64,000 nucleotides of DNA from IMG/VR virus record IMGVR_UViG_3300042399_001449. The stretch is one strand, 5' to 3'. The notes beneath the pieces are model-generated. The model ran no database searches and was not told where the DNA came from. It saw only the letters and a list, made by a program, of their open reading frames with translations. The position numbers were made by a program, and so were the translations under genes. This DNA comes from an uncultured virus (IMG/VR IMGVR_UViG_3300042399_001449) (Duplodnaviria > Heunggongvirae > Uroviricota > Caudoviricetes). Position 1 is the stretch's first letter. Every line of letters starts with the position of its first letter. Shown one piece after another: positions 58,684 through 64,000 of this stretch.

Positions 58684-58853
58684 TATTCTAAGATTTTGAT
58701 GATTTTACTAGCAGTTACTGATTTAACTTCAAAGTCAAATGTATATCCGGTAAAGTCTTCTACTAGATAAGTTTCTGTAACTTTTTTGATTTTCACTCCT
58801 TTCGGCGTGTCTACTTCATCCGTTAGTTGGATTTTTGCTGTGTAATAACTCAT
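58683..58853 (-). CDS. DUF4494-like small protein (56 aa; not in track; possibly internally deleted)
   Basis: MSYYTAKIQLTDEVDTPKGVKIKKVTETYLVEDFTGYTFDFEVKSVTASKIIKILE; KKVTExYLV motif. Confidence 0.6.
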   Translation of the reverse strand: MSYYTAKIQLTDEVDTPKGVKIKKVTETYLVEDFTGYTFDFEVKSVTASKIIKILE

Positions 58854-58890
58854 TTTTATTTGTTTTTAATAAATACTATAACTTATTGAT

Positions 58891-58919
58891 AATATAAGAA
58901 AAAAATTTCGTGATTCAAA
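58891..58919 (-). promoter_or_regulatory. Sigma70-like promoter TTTGAA-N17-TATATT
   Basis: 17-nt spacer; heads the run of genes starting at 58853. Confidence 0.6.
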
Positions 58920-58925
58920 TGAAAT

Positions 58926-59741
58926 TTACTTGTTTTTTTCTAGTTCTTTTTGCAAACGCTTTTGTGATCTATGAAATTCATATGATTGACGAATGTGTTT
59001 AGCTGACAAATCGAAGTTAACTTGCAAATTATCTAAAATATCAGCAATTAAACGTTCTTTTTCGAATGTCGTTTTAGTATTTCTAAGCATTGCATCAATA
59101 ATTCGTTCTAGATGACGAATATATTGCTTTGGTAGTCGACGTAAAACTCTAGATTTTGAAATGTGTATTTCAACTTCTTGCTTTTTAGTGTCTTTTTTTT
59201 CAGAAATCAGCTGTTTTGCAACAGTAACTGTCTCTTTTAATACATCGCCATACTTAACAACCCACGCAACTTCCGGTGCTGGTGGAGCTGGAGGTGTTTC
59301 TTCGGCACCAGGAGTAGGAGCAGCGCCACCACCTGCGGCTCCTACCTGAGCTTTTTCTTTATCTGCGTCGCCTAATCCAGCAACATCATCTAATGATAAT
59401 TGCAATTCCAATGTATAATCAGTATTTCTTCCGAATCCGGTATATGGAACTACTTTAATAATGTTATGTCGTATTAAACTTAAAAGAATTCCTGGAGTGA
59501 TATTCAAATCAGCTCCACTTCTTGTTATGAATTCACGAACCCCAGCATCGCTAGGAGAATATAATATACCTAAATGACGCGAACCATATGCATCAAATTT
59601 ACCTAAAAACTTTTCTTCTGCTGGCGTAAATGGTGAGTCTACTGCATCTTTCGGAGCGTTGTCGGTAACTTTTGCTGGCCCAGTTGCTTGTTCAGCAATT
59701 AGTGTGCGTAAAGTTTGTTGTATATTATATTTAGTTTCCAT
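58926..59741 (-). CDS. Hypothetical protein (possible internal head protein)
   Basis: LRTLIAEQ N-terminal site, P/A-rich linker, VLKE and LISE sites. Confidence 0.7.
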   Translation of the reverse strand: METKYNIQQTLRTLIAEQATGPAKVTDNAPKDAVDSPFTPAEEKFLGKFDAYGSRHLGILYSPSDAGVREFITRSGADLNITPGILLSLIRHNIIKVVPYTGFGRNTDYTLELQLSLDDVAGLGDADKEKAQVGAAGGGAAPTPGAEETPPAPPAPEVAWVVKYGDVLKETVTVAKQLISEKKDTKKQEVEIHISKSRVLRRLPKQYIRHLERIIDAMLRNTKTTFEKERLIADILDNLQVNFDLSAKHIRQSYEFHRSQKRLQKELEKNK

Positions 59742-59926
59742 TATGCTGCTTTTGCTTCTGCTAATTGAGTTGAACGATATTTGCTAACTAATTTTTTCAT
59801 CTCATTAATTGATTTGCGAGCTCTAACGCCTGCAGCTTTAACTTGTTTTTCTTGAAAGCGATCATGGTTTTCTTTAAATGTTAACCAATGTGCTTCCATT
59901 GCTTCATAGATTTCTTGTGATGTCAT
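59741..59926 (-). CDS. Histone H1-like (Hc1-type) DNA-binding protein
   Basis: F.EK.VKAAGVRARKSINEMKKLVSKYR matches the Bacteroidota Hc1-like motif KAAG.RARK. Confidence 0.75.
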   Translation of the reverse strand: MTSQEIYEAMEAHWLTFKENHDRFQEKQVKAAGVRARKSINEMKKLVSKYRSTQLAEAKAA

Positions 59927-59963
59927 ATTAACCTTTATTTGTTTATAAATATATTAATAAATA

Positions 59964-60158
59964 TCACACTTTAATAAAACGCTCCATAAATGCATCTAAA
60001 GTGTAGCCTGCAGTTTCAATTGTATCATAACTAGTAAGTTCGATAACAATTTTACCTTTTTTCTCATAAATTTGTTGTATATGAGATTGATTCACATAAT
60101 GTACAGACTCAGACGCATCTGAACTAATTGATATAATACGTATGAAGTCTGTTTTCAT
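59964..60158 (-). CDS. Small hypothetical protein
   Basis: ORF track. Confidence 0.6.
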   Translation of the reverse strand: MKTDFIRIISISSDASESVHYVNQSHIQQIYEKKGKIVIELTSYDTIETAGYTLDAFMERFIKV

Positions 60159-60160
60159 TG

Positions 60161-60703
60161 TTAATCTCCGCGGTAAATTGCACCCATATATCCACGTGAT
60201 GGATTTTCTCTATCATATGGATCAAAATCTGGTGATGTAGGTGTTTCTGGTCTAGGAGCTGCTGCTGGCTTTTTTGAATTTATATATTGCCATACTGCTA
60301 TGTTCAATTTATATGCTTGATCAACAGTTAAATCAGTTAACTCAGCGCGACCAACTTTTTCTAAAAACTTTTTCACAAACGGCTCAGCAATTGGATTTTG
60401 TTTAACAGCATAAGCAGTTCCTCGCAACATTGAGCCACCGCCTTGATCTGTACGAGCTAAACGATATGGATCTAAATCAATTAAATCTTGTGTGTCTGCT
60501 GGAACTTCATCCCAAGTAACATTGAGTAATGCGTCTGGATTTGGTTCTTTGGCTACGTATAACGCTTCCTTACGATCTTCAGGTGTCATTAAATCCCAAA
60601 TGCGGTCAGCACTATAAGATTGTTCCATAAGACGCTTAGCACGTGCTATCTCTTCCTTAAGGATTTGTTTGTGTCGAGGGTTGTTGATATCAAAAATATT
60701 CAT
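60161..60703 (-). CDS. Hypothetical protein
   Basis: ORF track; ILKEE...LMEQ N-terminal sites. Confidence 0.7.
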   Translation of the reverse strand: MNIFDINNPRHKQILKEEIARAKRLMEQSYSADRIWDLMTPEDRKEALYVAKEPNPDALLNVTWDEVPADTQDLIDLDPYRLARTDQGGGSMLRGTAYAVKQNPIAEPFVKKFLEKVGRAELTDLTVDQAYKLNIAVWQYINSKKPAAAPRPETPTSPDFDPYDRENPSRGYMGAIYRGD

Positions 60704-61077
60704 TACTGTAAATTTTCTAATTTATATATTGTTGTATATATTAAATCTTTGAATGTATCTAATTGGTTGATAATGTTTGTGTCTTTAGGATCTAGTTTAT
60801 CGTAAGCACGATCAATGAATGTGGCTAATCCTTTAAAATACTTAAGCGCTGTAGCTTGACTATATTCATCAAATTTTTCCGCCGGCGCAAATCCTTTAAG
60901 GATACCATATTTACCTTGATATGCTTCTACTAATGCATCAATCATATCAGGTATTGCATCATAATATTTACCTAATGCTTTATGTGCAGCAAAAGATCCT
61001 GCACCAGTTGTTTGCCAATGAAAAACATGTGCTTGATCACGTGATGCCATTAGTGTTGATATTAATTTTTCAAACAT
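60703..61077 (-). CDS. Ferritin/Dps-like protein (DUF5856-type)
   Basis: HVFHWQT...SFAAHKAL..YYD....IDALVEAYQGKYG four-helix motif. Confidence 0.8.
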   Translation of the reverse strand: MFEKLISTLMASRDQAHVFHWQTTGAGSFAAHKALGKYYDAIPDMIDALVEAYQGKYGILKGFAPAEKFDEYSQATALKYFKGLATFIDRAYDKLDPKDTNIINQLDTFKDLIYTTIYKLENLQ

Positions 61078-61086
61078 TTTCTACCT

Positions 61087-62466
61087 TTATTTACTATTTA
61101 ATATGTAAGCAGCTTCTTTTTGTCTTCGTTTTGCATTGATGCCGCCGTTATGTGATTTTAATTGTAATACTGCTTGTGCAATATCATTTATATTTTTTGT
61201 TTTCATTGCACTGATAACATTGCTAGGTAAACTACCATAATTATATGCAATTGATACTAATGCTGAAACAGTACCTTTATTTAATCCGTCTGCATGTTGT
61301 AATACTTTCGGAATAAACTCGTCAGACAGCCTACGTGATAAATCTCGAATTCCATCTTCCTTAGTAACAGTTATATCAGGTTTTTCTGATCTATCTGCAG
61401 ATAAATGTTCAATGTTACCAGATGCATCAGTTACCGTGCTACTTCCGTATCCAATTCTCCAATTATTAACATCCCAATAAGCTTCAGAACGGAATCCTTC
61501 AAAACCAGCCAACAAAGCTGCGGCTTGCTTTAATATTGGATCTGAATAATTTGCACCTGATATTGATCCTATTCCAATCAATGAAGCTAATGACATATCA
61601 GTGTCTTCTTCGCCCGCAGATGTGTCAGTTCCAATTTCTCCAGCTTTTTTAAATAAAATATTTTTTGTTATTGTATCTAATTTCCCGGTTGGGTCTTGTG
61701 TAATGTCATGTTGGAATTTAATTAATCCACTTTTTGTATGAGGGCCGAAAATACCATCAACACCTTCGCGGCCAACTGAATATCCTAATTTAATTAAAGC
61801 AGATTGCATTTTAAAAACATCAGGACCTTTATCGCCTACTTGCAATAATGCAGTGTCTTCTGGTTTAATTTCTTTGGTTGAATCCACATCAATTAAATCT
61901 AATACTTGACGTTTCCATTGACTTGCAATTTTTTTGTGAGCGTCCGAATCTAAATGAACGTGATCTTTTGTAAAATCAATTTCCGTGAAATCTCCAGTAT
62001 CAATTATAACATCTGCAGACGTTTGAGTTTGAAGCCAATCTGATATTTTATCGTTAGCTGGGTATCCGCCTTTTCTATAATAAGCATCTCCAGGAGTAAC
62101 AAAATCTTTTGTTGGATTAGTTATAACAACTAATTTTGCTCCAACGTTACGTACCATATCAAACATTGTTTCAAAATTTCTAATAGCATTTACTGGCGAT
62201 TTTGAAGCGCCATCATTACCACCACCCATTATTGATACAATATCATACTTATCAGATAAGCTATTTTGAAGCATTGTTAAAATAGCAGATGTTGAAGCTC
62301 CATTTTTAGCAACAATCGTTCCATCAATTTGTTTAGATCGTACTAATATACGAGCATAACTCCAATCTGCTGCAGTTTGTGAATCACCAACAAACAATAC
62401 TCGAAGTTTCTTATCTGATGTTTTCTCAGTAATAATTTCGTTTAATATAGATCTTAATTTTATCAT
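61087..62466 (-). CDS. SGNH hydrolase + peptidoglycan-binding domain + GH24-like lysozyme, MIKLRSILNE leader
   Basis: FVGDSQT, GGGND, DHVH (SGNH); LQVGDKGPDV...LGY...DGIFGPHT...FQ (PGBD); FEGFRSEAYWD...IGYG...ALVSIAYNYG...RRQKEA (lysozyme). Confidence 0.9.
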   Translation of the reverse strand: MIKLRSILNEIITEKTSDKKLRVLFVGDSQTAADWSYARILVRSKQIDGTIVAKNGASTSAILTMLQNSLSDKYDIVSIMGGGNDGASKSPVNAIRNFETMFDMVRNVGAKLVVITNPTKDFVTPGDAYYRKGGYPANDKISDWLQTQTSADVIIDTGDFTEIDFTKDHVHLDSDAHKKIASQWKRQVLDLIDVDSTKEIKPEDTALLQVGDKGPDVFKMQSALIKLGYSVGREGVDGIFGPHTKSGLIKFQHDITQDPTGKLDTITKNILFKKAGEIGTDTSAGEEDTDMSLASLIGIGSISGANYSDPILKQAAALLAGFEGFRSEAYWDVNNWRIGYGSSTVTDASGNIEHLSADRSEKPDITVTKEDGIRDLSRRLSDEFIPKVLQHADGLNKGTVSALVSIAYNYGSLPSNVISAMKTKNINDIAQAVLQLKSHNGGINAKRRQKEAAYILNSK

Positions 62467-62612
62467 TTTCCTTGACTTACATATGCCTTAGTATAATTAG
62501 TTGCATTCTTGCTTCTACTTGTTTTAGTTTTAGCATGAACTCCAGGTCTTTTAACCTTCGGTTTCGAGATATGCATCTTTGCACTATTGCTGTTTACTTT
62601 TTTTGCTGCCAT
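62463..62612 (-). CDS. Small highly basic protein (49 aa; not in track)
   Basis: MAAKKVNSNSAKMHISKPKVKRPGVHAKTKTSRSKNATNYTKAYVSQGK; AAAGGA SD; ATGA overlap with the lysin gene. Confidence 0.7.
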   Translation of the reverse strand: MAAKKVNSNSAKMHISKPKVKRPGVHAKTKTSRSKNATNYTKAYVSQGK

Positions 62613-62704
62613 AGCTATTTCCTTTAAATTAAAACTAAACTAATAACATTGTTGGCCTCCCAACTTAAAAGAAATAACTTATTATATTAATAAATATGGG
62701 ACAC

Positions 62705-62735
62705 AAAAAAAGCTCGAGGTCGAAACCCCAAGCTC
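62705..62735 (-). terminator. Intrinsic terminator
   Basis: AGCTTGGGGT-TTCG-ACCTCGAGCT followed by a T run. Confidence 0.85.
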
Positions 62736-62767
62736 TTAACTATACCGTCTAAGGTAGCAGACGCTCT

Positions 62768-63292
62768 TTATTTACGTTTAAACGTTTCCGTTAAAATATG
62801 TTCAGACCCTTTAAGGTTACCCATTAAACGACGTGCAAATGACTCGTTCATATCTTCTTTGTCAACAAATGCTTGTTTCATTGACTCTTCTTCATCACCA
62901 TCGCCATCAGCATCAATGTAATCAGGTTTAACACCATCAGCAGCTTCATTGATATCAACATCAAGCATATCAGCAATCATACTCATTGCTTCTGCTTTTG
63001 TATAATGATCACTCATATATATTTTTTCAATGATATCTAGCTCAGCCATTGATTTATTTAAAGCTGAATCAAATTCTTCTGAAGAGATTCCTAATTCATC
63101 AGCAATTTCATCAAAGATATCATCAGATTCTTTTAGTGGCGTTTCCATTGGATTAGAGAGAGGTTGCTCAGCGCTTTGTTCACCCATTTTGGCAGCGTAT
63201 GCCGCAGTTGTTTGTTCTAAGGTAGGTAAAGGCTTACCAGGTTCACGTTCCCACGCAAAACCTTCTTTAAGTATTGATTTTAGTTTGATCAT
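62768..63292 (-). CDS. Acidic putative internal head / prohead core protein, MIKLKSILKE leader
   Basis: Start at 63292 supported by AAGGA SD and late-motif variant 63312-63319; DYIDADGDGDEEESMKQA; many LxE sites. Confidence 0.7.
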   Translation of the reverse strand: MIKLKSILKEGFAWEREPGKPLPTLEQTTAAYAAKMGEQSAEQPLSNPMETPLKESDDIFDEIADELGISSEEFDSALNKSMAELDIIEKIYMSDHYTKAEAMSMIADMLDVDINEAADGVKPDYIDADGDGDEEESMKQAFVDKEDMNESFARRLMGNLKGSEHILTETFKRK

Positions 63293-63372
63293 TGTTTCCT
63301 TGCAATTTAAAAATAAATATAGTACGTTGTAAAACATAGTACGTTCGTAACCCCTTTCAGGGCTACATCCGT

Positions 63373-63903
63373 TTACATTGGGAATACAGCAAAGTGCGTT
63401 GTGATTTTCCCGCCACCATTCGGTATCATGGTGATTTCAGTAGCAATTTCACGATCAGGTGTATCAGGCGAAGCAGATTTAACTGCTCCTACACCAGGAT
63501 CATGTCCCCATCCACCTCGATGATTCATTTGCCATGGGCGATCCGACGGCTCAAGTGGTACTTGTATAACCAATTCAAAGTCCGCATCGCGTGCAGAGCA
63601 TCTAGTTGTGATGTCAGCAATGTTAGGACGAATCTTGTTGTCAGCTAACCATGGATTAATTTCACAAATCAATACATTGAAAAGTTGATGCAATGTATCG
63701 CCCGTGCCACCCTTTGCATGGGCAAGACTAATTCCAACCCCAGGTCCTACATAGGTAAGTTGAAATTGTGTAGTAGTTAGTTCGACGCCTACATACACGC
63801 CCTCTTCACTGCCCAAGTACTTGCCGCGTTGTGAAGCCCATTGTCGACAAGATGTCCATGATTCTCCCGTCCATTCATGAAGCAATCGTTTTAAACGTAT
63901 CAT
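63373..63903 (-). CDS. Hypothetical protein with MIRLKRLLHE leader
   Basis: ORF track; AAGGA SD; HRGGWGH motif. Confidence 0.75.
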   Translation of the reverse strand: MIRLKRLLHEWTGESWTSCRQWASQRGKYLGSEEGVYVGVELTTTQFQLTYVGPGVGISLAHAKGGTGDTLHQLFNVLICEINPWLADNKIRPNIADITTRCSARDADFELVIQVPLEPSDRPWQMNHRGGWGHDPGVGAVKSASPDTPDREIATEITMIPNGGGKITTHFAVFPM

Positions 63904-63915
63904 AATTTCCTTGTT

Positions 63916-64000
63916 TTAAAATGATGCAGTTTGTGAGCCATCGCGATTAGCACGCCATTGAGTGGCATCCTCACTTCCATCGGGTGTCCAATAATCATCA
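63916..64000 (-). CDS. C-terminal end of a gene truncated by the window edge
   Basis: Open frame ...DDYWTPDGSEDATQWRANRDGSQTASF* ending just before the SD of 63903. Confidence 0.5.
   Translation of the reverse strand, partial: DDYWTPDGSEDATQWRANRDGSQTASF

Noticed and set aside
62740..62765. CGTCT/AGACG mini-hairpin with possible TACC/GGTA pseudoknot
   Set aside because: Stems are short and overlap, so too weak without covariation data.
1..64000. Stop-codon reassignment, introns or inteins in core genes
   Set aside because: Standard-code ORFs tile the window densely, and capsid, portal and terminase are uninterrupted and of normal size.

Overview
A 64 kb slice of a large, AT-rich (roughly 30% GC by eye), T4-like myophage. 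The host is probably Bacteroidota, inferred from a Flavobacteria-type bS21, an Hc1-like protein, a DUF4494-like gene and signal-peptide style. Nearly all genes are on the minus strand. In order: tail fibres and neck (1-7.7 kb); PhoH; head and packaging genes with a ribosomal protein bS21 gene among them (8.8-18.3 kb); a nucleotidyltransferase/ligase-like polyprotein; fused Mre11-Rad50; primase; a T7 endo I-like resolvase; a kinase; baseplate genes (33-47 kb); a gp55-like sigma factor; an HD hydrolase; UvsE; a plus-strand paralog cluster (51-55.5 kb); and accessory genes including an SGNH-PGBD-lysozyme. Four patterns stand out. (1) There are two promoter classes: TTGGAW-N17-TATWWT before mostly non-structural genes, and ATATTTATA before structural genes. 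(2) Most structural/late genes carry an AAGG(A) Shine-Dalgarno, while genes behind the first promoter class and bS21 lack one, which suggests a bS21-driven translational switch. (3) About a dozen unrelated proteins share an N-terminal 'MIxLKxLLxE' leader, a likely capsid-targeting, protease-cleaved tag. (4) There are candidate structured 5' leader RNAs and an exactly duplicated 36-bp terminator. All calls come from motif recognition by eye; no searches were run. I saw no tRNA, rRNA, CRISPR array, integrase or reverse transcriptase.
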